DNA from: an uncultured Ruminiclostridium sp.
GTDB lineage: Bacteria > Bacillota > Clostridia > Oscillospirales > Ruminococcaceae
Length of the DNA stretch: 38,241 nucleotides
Direction of reading: 5' to 3'
Assembly (NCBI GenBank): GCA_964527695.1
Contig: CAZGRB010000001.1
Span: 1 to 38,241, forward strand
Below are positions 1 to 7,570 of this stretch, one piece after another. Position 1 is the first letter of the stretch. Every line of letters starts with the position of its first letter. A model generated the notes under the pieces. The model was not told the DNA's origin, did no database searches, and was given only the letters and a program-made list of their open reading frames with translations. Position numbers and translations under genes: made by a program.

Positions 1-280
1 ACTCGATAAGTCTGCCCGTAAGCTCCTTTTTAAGCTCCTCAACCTCGTGCTTCGGCAGTAATGCCGCAGTTTTTATGAGGATAAGGTGAGCCGCCATTTC
101 CACAAACTCTCCTGCCACTTCGATATCCGCCTGCTGCATTTTTTCAAGGTACAGCAGGAATTGTTCAAGAAGTATGGAAATTTCGATGTCCCGAATGTTC
201 AGCTTATGCTTCCTTATAAGGTCAAGCATAAGGTCAAGAGGGCCCTCGTAAACCTCCAGTTTAAAGCTTAATTCTTCCAT
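1..280 (-). CDS. scpA: Segregation and condensation protein A (5' part; runs off the window edge)
   Basis: Not in the ORF track. Manual translation from ATG at 280 gives MEELSFKLEVYEGPLDLMLDLIRKHKLNIRDIEISILLEQFLLYL...AGEFVEMAAHLILIKTAALLP, with the ScpA EGPLDLLL signature. RBS AGGAG lies upstream. Confidence 0.93.
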   Translation of the reverse strand, partial: MEELSFKLEVYEGPLDLMLDLIRKHKLNIRDIEISILLEQFLLYLEKMQQADIEVAGEFVEMAAHLILIKTAALLPKHEVEELKKELTGRLIE

Positions 281-291
281 TATTTCTCCTG

Positions 292-990
292 TCAGCAGAT
301 GAAGCTGGTGATAAAATTCATACCGTTATAAAGAAGATTTGATACAGCACCAAAGGGAACTGTGAGTATGTTGGTATAAAGCAAAACGAGAACTATAATA
401 AGAATATATCTTTCATAACGCATTATTTTAAAATAATATTCAGTCGGTAAAAATGAAAGAAAGATTCTTGAGCCATCAAAAGGAGGTATCGGCATAATAA
501 GGTTGAAAACGCCAAGGCGCAGATTGATTTCAGCTATCATATTAAGCGCAAGCACCAGATAACCTATGACGTAGTTTGAAACACTATAACCTAACACACC
601 GATATTACCAGGAGAAACAACGATAATTATTTTCATTAAAAGTATAAACGCAAATGCAAGAATAAAGTTTGAAACAGGGCCTGCGGCAGATGTAATTGCC
701 ATTGCAGCTTTCATAGAAACTTTTCGTGCTCGTCTTGGATTTACAGGAACAGGGTTTGCCCAGCCCACGCCGAAAATAAGCAGAGCGATAGTACCCATTG
801 GGTCTAAATGCGCAATAGGGTTCATAGTAAGCCTGCCACGCTCCTCGGCAGTAGTGTCACCAAGAAGTTTTGCCATATATCCGTGAGCACATTCGTGAAA
901 GGGTGTAGCAAGAATAAACGTTATAAGATAAGAAAAAATAATAACCGCTGCCTCTGCTATTCCGCCACAATTAAGAATATCAACTATCAT
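292..990 (-). CDS. Site-2 protease (peptidase M50) membrane metalloprotease
   Basis: HECAH zinc motif in a TM helix, GRLTMNPIAHLDP, AGPVSN and NLIMPIPPFDG motifs. Start moved to ATG 990 (RBS AGGAG). Confidence 0.9.
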   Translation of the reverse strand: MIVDILNCGGIAEAAVIIFSYLITFILATPFHECAHGYMAKLLGDTTAEERGRLTMNPIAHLDPMGTIALLIFGVGWANPVPVNPRRARKVSMKAAMAITSAAGPVSNFILAFAFILLMKIIIVVSPGNIGVLGYSVSNYVIGYLVLALNMIAEINLRLGVFNLIMPIPPFDGSRIFLSFLPTEYYFKIMRYERYILIIVLVLLYTNILTVPFGAVSNLLYNGMNFITSFIC

Positions 991-1033
991 AGCTTCTCCT
1001 TTATAAAATGCGAAAAATAACAATCATAATTTA

Positions 1034-1062
1034 TTATACTATATTAATGAAGATTTTGCAAG
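1034..1062 (-). promoter_or_regulatory. Sigma-A promoter for the S2P-scpA operon
   Basis: Minus strand TTGCAA-17 bp-TATAAT. Confidence 0.6.
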
Positions 1063-1078
1063 CTTTTTCCGTAAAAAA

Positions 1079-1130
1079 CCGTTCGCAAAGCGGACACCTC
1101 AATCATTCATCATTCATCTTTCATCATTCA
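1079..1130. repeat. REP-like hairpin plus four 7-bp tandem units
   Basis: GTTCGC-AAA-GCGGAC hairpin followed by TCATTCA TCATTCA TCTTTCA TCATTCA. Confidence 0.6.
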
Positions 1131-1655
1131 TCGTTTCTGTGCCTCAGGTACAGAAACAAATCTCCACTCTATTTTGCTCCAGTATTCGCCTGCGTAATCA
1201 ATGCCTACACGAGGCTTTGTAACATAATCGCAGGTAAAGCCGTCGTCCTCCAGCCATATCTTGTCGGAAACAGTCAGGTCAGCCTTGTTGAGACTGCGGT
1301 CAATGCCGAGGAATTTTGTCAGCTTCGCAGGGCCGTTATACCCCTCACAGCAGCGGATAAGCACCGCTTCGGGACTATCTTCCTTGCCGCATACCACGTT
1401 GAACATATTATGCATACCATAAATAAGATAAACGTATGAAACACCGCCTCTGCCGAACATTACGGCGGTGCGCTCGGTCTTACCCTTGCTTGCGTGACAG
1501 CCCAGGTCATCTGTTCCCATATAACATTCGGTTTCGGTAATTCGGAGCTTTCTGATTTCACCGTTTATATCTGTGCAGAGAAGCTTACCCAGCAATAGGG
1601 GCGCAAGCTCCAGGGCGTTTTTTGAAAAAAATTCCATATCGGTTATTTTTGACAT
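1128..1655 (-). CDS. DNA-3-methyladenine glycosylase (MPG/Aag family)
   Basis: LAPLLLGKLL, RITETECY, YVYLIYGMH, PEAVLIR, NGPAKL and PRVGIDYA motifs. RBS GGAGG. Confidence 0.92.
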   Translation of the reverse strand: MSKITDMEFFSKNALELAPLLLGKLLCTDINGEIRKLRITETECYMGTDDLGCHASKGKTERTAVMFGRGGVSYVYLIYGMHNMFNVVCGKEDSPEAVLIRCCEGYNGPAKLTKFLGIDRSLNKADLTVSDKIWLEDDGFTCDYVTKPRVGIDYAGEYWSKIEWRFVSVPEAQKR

Positions 1656-1752
1656 GATTTATGCCTCCTTTTTTATTGACTAATATTGTTCGGAATGCTG
1701 ATAATATTTATGAGCGTTATGCTCTTATTTTCTGAGAGGAACTGTAAAAATT

Positions 1753-1908
1753 ATGAAAAAATTATTCGGAAAAAAGACCGACCCCATGAAAAAAGCAATG
1801 GAAGTGGCAACAACAGGCTCCGCCAAAACTATCGACCCTTATGGTATGTATACGGGAGTGCCGAAGGATCCGTATGAAAAGCCTGTACAGGATGCAGACG
1901 ACCTGTGA
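1753..1908 (+). CDS. Small hypothetical protein, 51 aa (MKKLFGKKTDPMKKAMEVATTGSAKTIDPYGMYTGVPKDPYEKPVQDADDL)
   Basis: Below the ORF-track size cutoff. GAGAGGA RBS upstream of ATG 1753, fills the intergenic gap, and has a possible promoter TTGACT-18-GATAAT at 1676-1705. Confidence 0.75.
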   Translation: MKKLFGKKTDPMKKAMEVATTGSAKTIDPYGMYTGVPKDPYEKPVQDADDL

Positions 1909-1983
1909 AGCTCCGCTTCAGTGAAATCTGCCGCTTGCGGCGGATGAAATTTGCCTTCGGCAAGTGAAATCCGACTTCGTCGG
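1906..1983. repeat. Array of four short GC-rich hairpins separated by (G)TGAAAT
   Basis: TGAAGC-TCC-GCTTCA / GTGAAA TCTGCCG-CTTG-CGGCGGA / TGAAAT TTGCC-TTC-GGCAA / GTGAAAT CCGAC-TTC-GTCGG. Confidence 0.75.
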
Positions 1984-2012
1984 GTTATGGTATTGCCTTA
2001 CAGCAATAAGCA

Positions 2013-2041
2013 TTGACATGATATATAATTTGTGGTACAAT
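2013..2041 (+). promoter_or_regulatory. Sigma-A promoter for the capA-like/vanY-like operon
   Basis: TTGACA-17 bp-TACAAT with extended -10 TGn. Confidence 0.75.
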
Positions 2042-2078
2042 AAATTTTATGACGATAATCGCTGAAAGGAGCAGAAAA

Positions 2079-3233
2079 ATGAAAAAAAGAATAATGTGTC
2101 TGCTCCTGTCAGCTGTATTTCTGTGCAGCTGCGCAGAAGAAAAAACTGAAATAATCACACTTCCTTCAGGTGTTGCAATCACCGACGGACAAGCAGCAAA
2201 GCCAGCCGAAACCATCGCTGTTACAACCACCGCCACCGCTCAGACCACAACCGCTGCTCCCCTGCCCTCAGGCTCGGTAAAAATCGCATTTGCAGGCGAT
2301 ACGACCCAGTCTGACGTATTTGCAGAAGCAACCTCCTGGCGCTCCATGAGATACCCTTTTGAGGATGTGAATGACATTTTTTCGGGTGCGGATATTTCCT
2401 TCGTAAACCTGGAAACCTGCGTCAGCAACAGGGGTGAAAGCGAAAAAAAGGAAGGCTACGGCTTTCAGACTCTGCCCGAATATTTACAGGTTTATACCGA
2501 GGCAGGCATTGACCTTGTTTCCGCCGCAAATAACCACGTCAGGGATTTCGGAATGGACGCTCTTAACGACACTTTCACAAATCTTGACGCTTATGGTATC
2601 GGCTATATCGGCGCAGGAAGAGATATAACCGAAGCGGAAAAAATGATTGTCTATGAAGTAAACGGTGTTAAAGTGGGATTCACTGCACTGAACATGATAA
2701 ATATGAACCCTACATGGTATGCAACAGACGAACGTGCAGGAATAAACTGTATTGATTTTGCCGATTGCGACAGGTATCTCAGCCTTATTTCCGAATATGA
2801 CAAGCAGTGCGATGTTCTTTTTGTATCGGTTCACTGGGGAGTCGAATACACCAATGCCATTACCGAAGAACAGGAGCAGTTCGGTCATATGCTCTGCGAC
2901 AGCGGTGCGGATATTATCCTCGGCCACCACTCTCACACCCTACAGCCCATAGAATATTACAACGGCAGTATGATTTTTTACAGCCTGGGAAATTTCCTTT
3001 TCTATAAAATGGACGACGAGGCAGGAAAAACTGCAATCTTTGAAATAGAAATAGATAAAAACGGATTTGTAAGCGGAAAGCTTTCCCCTGTTTTTATCAC
3101 CAACTGCAAATCCACGCTTCTTGATACAGAAAATGAGATGTATGGAGAAATAATAGAACTGTGCAAAACAATTTCAGCTCCCTATGGAGTAAATATAACA
3201 GAAAACGGAGGCATTGAAATTGCCAATGGGTAA
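2079..3233 (+). CDS. CapA/PgsA-family metallophosphoesterase-fold lipoprotein
   Basis: Lipobox LCSC, Thr-rich linker, then motifs AGD, VNLET, ANNHVRDFG, VHWGVEY, GHHSHTLQ and YSLGNF. RBS AGGAG supports start 2079. Confidence 0.88.
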   Translation: MKKRIMCLLLSAVFLCSCAEEKTEIITLPSGVAITDGQAAKPAETIAVTTTATAQTTTAAPLPSGSVKIAFAGDTTQSDVFAEATSWRSMRYPFEDVNDIFSGADISFVNLETCVSNRGESEKKEGYGFQTLPEYLQVYTEAGIDLVSAANNHVRDFGMDALNDTFTNLDAYGIGYIGAGRDITEAEKMIVYEVNGVKVGFTALNMINMNPTWYATDERAGINCIDFADCDRYLSLISEYDKQCDVLFVSVHWGVEYTNAITEEQEQFGHMLCDSGADIILGHHSHTLQPIEYYNGSMIFYSLGNFLFYKMDDEAGKTAIFEIEIDKNGFVSGKLSPVFITNCKSTLLDTENEMYGEIIELCKTISAPYGVNITENGGIEIANG

Positions 3234-4362
3234 AAAAATAACCGCTCTGCTGCTTTTGTGCGGAGTGCTCTGCAGCTGTGTCAGCACGGCAAGCGCCAAT
3301 GAGACGCAGCCCGTAATAAACTACATAGAGGAAACGCAGACTACCACCTCTTCTATCCTTACTGCAACCGTAACCGAGGGAGCAACTGCGGAACTGATAA
3401 CTTCTGAAACCAGTGTGACAACTACCGCTGAGGTGACTACAACTACCGAAACTACAACCGATGCAGCAGAAACCTCTGAAACAACGGTGCAGACCACGAC
3501 CATACCTGAAAGCGCACCTGTTACCTCCACGGTTACATCGGCAAAGCCTGAGGTTTATACAAACACAATCACGCTGAATGGTCCGAATCTTGTGTATACA
3601 GGCGAAAGCTTTGATTTTACATATAAAATTAGCCACCGCAACGCTGACCGTGCATCAGTTTTATGGCAGTGCAGCGGCAATGCAGGCACAATCACAGAGG
3701 ATGGAAAATTCACCGCAACAAAGGCAGGCACAGCAGTGCTTACCGTTTCGGATATTTCCAACGGACTTACCGATACACTTTTAGTCCACGTGGTTGACAG
3801 TCCTGAGGACGTGGATTTTGTGGTTGAAGTAAACGGTATTCCTATCGCAAACAAGACATATCCCGTGCCGAAGGATTATCGCCCTGGGCTCCTTTCCGAA
3901 ACCTATGACGCATTTATGGAGCTGAAACTTGCGGCACTGAACGACGGCATTGAAATCAATTTCATGTCAGGCTTCCGTTCCTACGAGGAGCAGACCGAGG
4001 TCTACAACAACTGGAACAAGGTTTATTCCGACGGACAGGCCGACCGTGTTTCCGCCCGTCCCGGACATTCCGAGCATCAGCTTGGTCTTGCAATTGACGT
4101 AAACTCCATTGAATTTTCCTTTGCGGATACTCCCGAGGGAATATGGCTTGCAGAAAACTGTTATAAATTCGGCTTCATTATCCGCTACAAGGAAGATACC
4201 GAAGAAATCACAGGCTATATGTATGAGCCGTGGCATATCCGCTACTTAGGCAAGGAACTTGCCGAAGAGGTGCATTTCAGCGGACTTACACTTGAAGAAT
4301 ATTTAGGTATTGATTCATATTACAGAATAGAAAACTTTACTTTCAGCGAAGAAACTGAATAA
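3226..4362 (+). CDS. M15B (VanY/LdcB-like) peptidoglycan carboxypeptidase with Thr-rich linker and Ig-like domain, probable lipoprotein
   Basis: SGFRSYEEQ, SARPGHSEHQLGLAID and YEPWHIRY zinc-peptidase motifs. Big_2-like segment (WQCS...TITEDGKFTATKAGTAVLTV). RBS GGAGG; 8-nt overlap with the upstream gene. Confidence 0.9.
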   Translation: MGKKITALLLLCGVLCSCVSTASANETQPVINYIEETQTTTSSILTATVTEGATAELITSETSVTTTAEVTTTTETTTDAAETSETTVQTTTIPESAPVTSTVTSAKPEVYTNTITLNGPNLVYTGESFDFTYKISHRNADRASVLWQCSGNAGTITEDGKFTATKAGTAVLTVSDISNGLTDTLLVHVVDSPEDVDFVVEVNGIPIANKTYPVPKDYRPGLLSETYDAFMELKLAALNDGIEINFMSGFRSYEEQTEVYNNWNKVYSDGQADRVSARPGHSEHQLGLAIDVNSIEFSFADTPEGIWLAENCYKFGFIIRYKEDTEEITGYMYEPWHIRYLGKELAEEVHFSGLTLEEYLGIDSYYRIENFTFSEETE

Positions 4363-4367
4363 TTATT

Positions 4368-4395
4368 AATGCCGCAGACTTTCGTCTGCGGCATT
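4368..4395. terminator. Bidirectional intrinsic terminator between the carboxypeptidase gene and pnp
   Basis: AATGCCGCAGAC-TTTC-GTCTGCGGCATT perfect stem between convergent genes. Confidence 0.85.
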
Positions 4396-4408
4396 TGTTT
4401 ATGCGGAA

Positions 4409-6541
4409 TTAAGCATTGTTAGCTTCCTTTTCCTTTTTCTTTGCTTCGATATCAGCGAGGGCTTCCTTTCTGGAAAGACCGATCTTGCCCTGATTATCAA
4501 TCTTGATAATCTTTACAATAATCATATCGCCTACGTTGCATACATCTTCAACCTTTTCTACACGGCGGTTTTCAAGCTCGGAGATGTGAACCATGCCTTC
4601 CTTGCCGGGTGCGAATTCAACGAATGCGCCGAATTCCTTTACACGTACAACCTTACCCTTGTAGATAGCGCCGATTTCGGGCTCTGTAACAATGGACTTG
4701 ATTGTATCGAGGCAGGCATTTGCCTTTTCACCGTTGCTGCCGCAGATGAATACGTTGCCTTCTTCGTCGATGTCAATCTTAACTTCAAAGTCAGCGCAGA
4801 GCTTCTGGATAACCTTACCGCCTGTACCGATAACTTCTCTGATCTTGTCAACAGGCACCTTAGTGCTGATCATCTTGGGAGCATATTCGTTTACTGTTGC
4901 TCTGGGAGCAGGAATAGCCTTGAGCATTACTTCGTCAAGAATCTTGATTCTTGCCTTGTGTGTCTTAGCGAAAGCGTCAGCGATGATTTCAGGTGTAAGA
5001 CCGTCAATCTTAAGGTCCATCTGAATAGCTGTGATACCCTTGTGAGTACCGCCAACCTTGAAGTCCATATCGCCGTAGAAGTCTTCGAGACCCTGAATGT
5101 CAACCATTGTCATCCAGCGGTCGCCTTCTGTGATAAGACCGCAGGAAATACCTGCAACGGGAGCCTTGATCGGAACACCTGCGTCCATAAGTGCCAGTGT
5201 AGAGCCACAGATAGATGCCTGAGATGTAGAGCCATTGGAAGAAAGAACTTCAGATACAAGTCTGATTGCATAGGGGAATTCTTCAACAGGGGGAATAACG
5301 GGTTCGAGAGCTCTCTGAGCAAGTGCGCCGTGACCGATTTCACGTCTGCCGGGGCCTCTGCTTGCCTTTGTTTCGCCTACAGAGTATGCAGGGAAATTGT
5401 AGTGGTGCATATATCTCTTGGTATCTTCTTCGTCAATACCTTCAAGCTTCTGAGCATCGCTTACAGGGCCTAATGTAGCAACTGTAAGAACCTGTGTCTG
5501 ACCTCTTGTGAAGAGACCTGAACCGTGAACTCTGGGGAGAAGGTTTACTTCGGAAGCGAGAGGACGCATATCGTCCATACCACGGCCGTCAACACGCTTC
5601 TGCTCGTCGAGTAACCAGCGTCTTACGATAACCTTCTGAAGCTTGTAGATAGCTTCATCAATCATGGAAGCCTGATCGGGATAGATTTCGTCATACTTTT
5701 CGTGGATAGCATCCTTGATAGGCTGGAGTCTTGCTTCACGTACGTTCTTGTCGTCTGTGTCAAGTGCGTACTTTACCTGATCGCCGAATTCCTCCATAAG
5801 AGCGTCGATAAGATTGTGGTCGATTTCCATGGAAGGGAATTCAAACTTGGGCTTGCCGATTGCAGCCTGGATTTCCTTGATGAAAGGAATGATAGACTTG
5901 TTGATTTCCTCGTGACCAGCCATGATAGCCTTGAGCATTGTGTCGTCGTCAACTTCGTTGGCACCTGCTTCAATCATTACAACCTTCTTTTCGCTGGAAG
6001 CAACTGTAAGCTGTAAATCAGACTTTGCTCTCTGCTCAGCGTCGGGCATGAGAACGATTTCGCCGTCAACGAGACCTACGGAGATACCGCCGATAGGGCC
6101 GTTCCACGGAATATCGGAAATTGTAACAGCTACGGAAGCACCGATCATAGAAAGAATTTCAGGCTGTGTGTCAGGGTCAACTGCAAGAACAGTCATAACG
6201 ATAGCAACATCGTTTCTCATATCCTTGGGGAAAAGGGGACGCATAGGACGGTCTACAACACGGGATGTGAGGATAGCCTTTTCGCTGGGTCTGCCTTCTC
6301 TCTTTAAAAAGCCTCCGGGAATCTTACCTACGGAGTAGAGCTTTTCTTCGTAGTCAACGGAAAGCGGGAAGAAATCCACGCCGTCACGAGGCTTGGGGCT
6401 TGCTGTAACATTTACCATTACAACGGATTCGCCGTAACGGATCCAGCAGGAGCCGTTTGCAAGACCGCATACCTTACCTGTTTCAACAGTGAGTTCTCTG
6501 CCGGCAAAGGTGGTCTTGAAGGTTCTGTAATTGTCGAACAT
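4409..6541 (-). CDS. pnp: Polyribonucleotide nucleotidyltransferase (PNPase)
   Basis: DFFPLSVDYEEK, RVHGSGLFTRGQTQ, RREIGHGALA and GDMDFKVGG motifs; C-terminal KH and S1 domains; lies downstream of rpsO. Confidence 0.99.
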   Translation of the reverse strand: MFDNYRTFKTTFAGRELTVETGKVCGLANGSCWIRYGESVVMVNVTASPKPRDGVDFFPLSVDYEEKLYSVGKIPGGFLKREGRPSEKAILTSRVVDRPMRPLFPKDMRNDVAIVMTVLAVDPDTQPEILSMIGASVAVTISDIPWNGPIGGISVGLVDGEIVLMPDAEQRAKSDLQLTVASSEKKVVMIEAGANEVDDDTMLKAIMAGHEEINKSIIPFIKEIQAAIGKPKFEFPSMEIDHNLIDALMEEFGDQVKYALDTDDKNVREARLQPIKDAIHEKYDEIYPDQASMIDEAIYKLQKVIVRRWLLDEQKRVDGRGMDDMRPLASEVNLLPRVHGSGLFTRGQTQVLTVATLGPVSDAQKLEGIDEEDTKRYMHHYNFPAYSVGETKASRGPGRREIGHGALAQRALEPVIPPVEEFPYAIRLVSEVLSSNGSTSQASICGSTLALMDAGVPIKAPVAGISCGLITEGDRWMTMVDIQGLEDFYGDMDFKVGGTHKGITAIQMDLKIDGLTPEIIADAFAKTHKARIKILDEVMLKAIPAPRATVNEYAPKMISTKVPVDKIREVIGTGGKVIQKLCADFEVKIDIDEEGNVFICGSNGEKANACLDTIKSIVTEPEIGAIYKGKVVRVKEFGAFVEFAPGKEGMVHISELENRRVEKVEDVCNVGDMIIVKIIKIDNQGKIGLSRKEALADIEAKKKEKEANNA

Positions 6542-6570
6542 TTCTGTTCCTCCTTATAAAATTTTATTTC

Positions 6571-6651
6571 ACAAGGTACAGATTTTAGCAATAAAGTCAG
6601 CCTGAAAAAAGCTTTCAGACTCAGTTTACCGCTAAAATTCTCTGTACCTGT
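6571..6651 (-). promoter_or_regulatory. Long imperfect RNA stem-loop in the pnp 5' leader (candidate RNase III site)
   Basis: Minus strand GGTACAGA..TTTTAGCGGTAAA..AGTCTGAAA pairs with TTTCAGGCT..TTTATTGCTAAAA.TCTGTACC (about 30 bp). Confidence 0.65.
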
Positions 6652-6665
6652 AGTTACGGATTGGT

Positions 6666-6703
6666 AAAAAGGGCAGAACAGCCCACAAGGCGTTCTACCC
6701 CTT
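6666..6703 (-). terminator. rpsO terminator
   Basis: GGGTAGAAC-GCC...GGC-TGTTCTGCCC followed by TTTTT on the minus strand. Confidence 0.75.
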
Positions 6704-6714
6704 CCGATGCAAAA

Positions 6715-6981
6715 TTACTTACGGATACCAAGCTTTGCGATGATTGCACGGTAACGTTCGATGTCCTTCTTCTGAAGGTAACCAAGGAGGTTACGTCTCT
6801 TACCAACCATCTTGAGAAGACCTCTTCTGGAGTGGTGGTCCTTCTGATGTGTCTTTAAGTGTTCAGTAAGGTCGTTGATTCTCTTTGTGAGAATAGCAAT
6901 CTGGACTTCAGGAGAACCTGTGTCGTTTTCGCTGGTACGGTTTGCTTCGATGATAGCTGTCTTTTCGTCTTTGAGCATCAT
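6715..6981 (-). CDS. rpsO: 30S ribosomal protein S15
   Basis: [13 protein letters not shown]...[20 protein letters not shown]. Confidence 0.99.
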   Translation of the reverse strand: MMLKDEKTAIIEANRTSENDTGSPEVQIAILTKRINDLTEHLKTHQKDHHSRRGLLKMVGKRRNLLGYLQKKDIERYRAIIAKLGIRK

Positions 6982-7093
6982 GATAAATACACCTCTTTAA
7001 AAATATTTTGCACACACATAGCAAAGGGCAGCAGTGTTTCTCTTAAAAGAGCATAAGCCTCAACGCCAAGTGAGTGTATCTGCATAACGCAGC
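6982..7093 (-). ncRNA. Putative S15 autoregulatory leader
   Basis: About 110-nt 5' UTR in which TACACTCAC..TGGC pairs with GCTA..GTGTGTGCA, enclosing a CTCTT/AAGAG hairpin. Position matches the known Firmicutes rpsO leader. Confidence 0.6.
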
Positions 7094-7099
7094 AAGAAT

Positions 7100-7128
7100 A
7101 TTATAACATATATTTTCTGCTTTGTAAA
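7100..7128 (-). promoter_or_regulatory. Sigma-A promoter of rpsO-pnp
   Basis: TTTACA-17 bp-TATAAT with TGn extension. Confidence 0.75.
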
Positions 7129-7195
7129 GAGTTTTTTTGAAATTTTGTCCAAAAAATTTATACTGTTATGACGGGTAAATAATGCAACAAAAGTA

Positions 7196-7224
7196 TTGAC
7201 AAAAATCTCATATAATTGTATAAT
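7196..7224 (+). promoter_or_regulatory. Consensus sigma-A promoter of the ComFB-family gene
   Basis: TTGACA-17 bp-TATAAT, perfect consensus. Confidence 0.8.
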
Positions 7225-7270
7225 ATTAACATACGATTTTTAATTAAAAATGAAATGTGAGGTACTTATT

Positions 7271-7537
7271 ATGGCTCTTGTAAACACTATGGAAGAAATT
7301 GTTGATATCAAGATTGACGAGCTTATTGCAGACAGCGGCTGCTGCACCTGCGAGCACTGCAAGGAGGACATCAAGTGCCTTACTCTCAATGCTCTCCCCC
7401 CGAAATACGTAAGTACTGCAAAGGGCGAGCTTTTCTCAAAGCTTTCTCAGGCAATGATAAAGCAGCATTCAATTGACGTAAATATCGCTTGTCTCAATGC
7501 AATCGAATTCGTAAAGTCTCATCCGAAGCATAACTGA
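7271..7537 (+). CDS. ComFB-family protein (Zn-binding; family includes cyclic-dinucleotide receptors)
   Basis: LVNTMEEIV...CTCEHCKEDIKCLTLNALPPKYVST...GELFSK...VKSHPKH pattern typical of ComFB. RBS GAGGT. Confidence 0.88.
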   Translation: MALVNTMEEIVDIKIDELIADSGCCTCEHCKEDIKCLTLNALPPKYVSTAKGELFSKLSQAMIKQHSIDVNIACLNAIEFVKSHPKHN

Positions 7538-7570
7538 TAAAAAAGCACCCGAAAGGGTGCTTTTTTATCA
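7535..7570. terminator. Bidirectional terminator between the ComFB gene and araD
   Basis: Perfect inverted repeat TGATAAAAAAGCACCC-GAAA-GGGTGCTTTTTTATCA spanning both stop codons. Confidence 0.92.

Noticed and set aside
86..271. 61-aa plus-strand ORF
   Set aside because: Antisense to scpA, which explains the region.
988..1001. Identical 14-mer CATAGCTTCTCCTT here and at the rimI start (25001-25014)
   Set aside because: Mostly RBS plus start codon; likely convergence.
1686..1877. 63-aa ORF from the track
   Set aside because: No RBS; the overlapping frame at 1753-1908 has an RBS and a more protein-like sequence.
1906..1983. CRISPR mini-array
   Set aside because: The constant part is only 6-7 nt, the variable parts are themselves palindromes, and there are no cas genes.
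3226..4362. Vancomycin-resistance vanY
   Set aside because: No vanHAX or vanRS nearby; M15B peptidases are common cell-wall enzymes.
4586..5473. 295-aa antisense ORF within pnp (and other ORFs opposite pnp)
   Set aside because: Shadow of a strongly codon-biased gene; no recognisable motifs.
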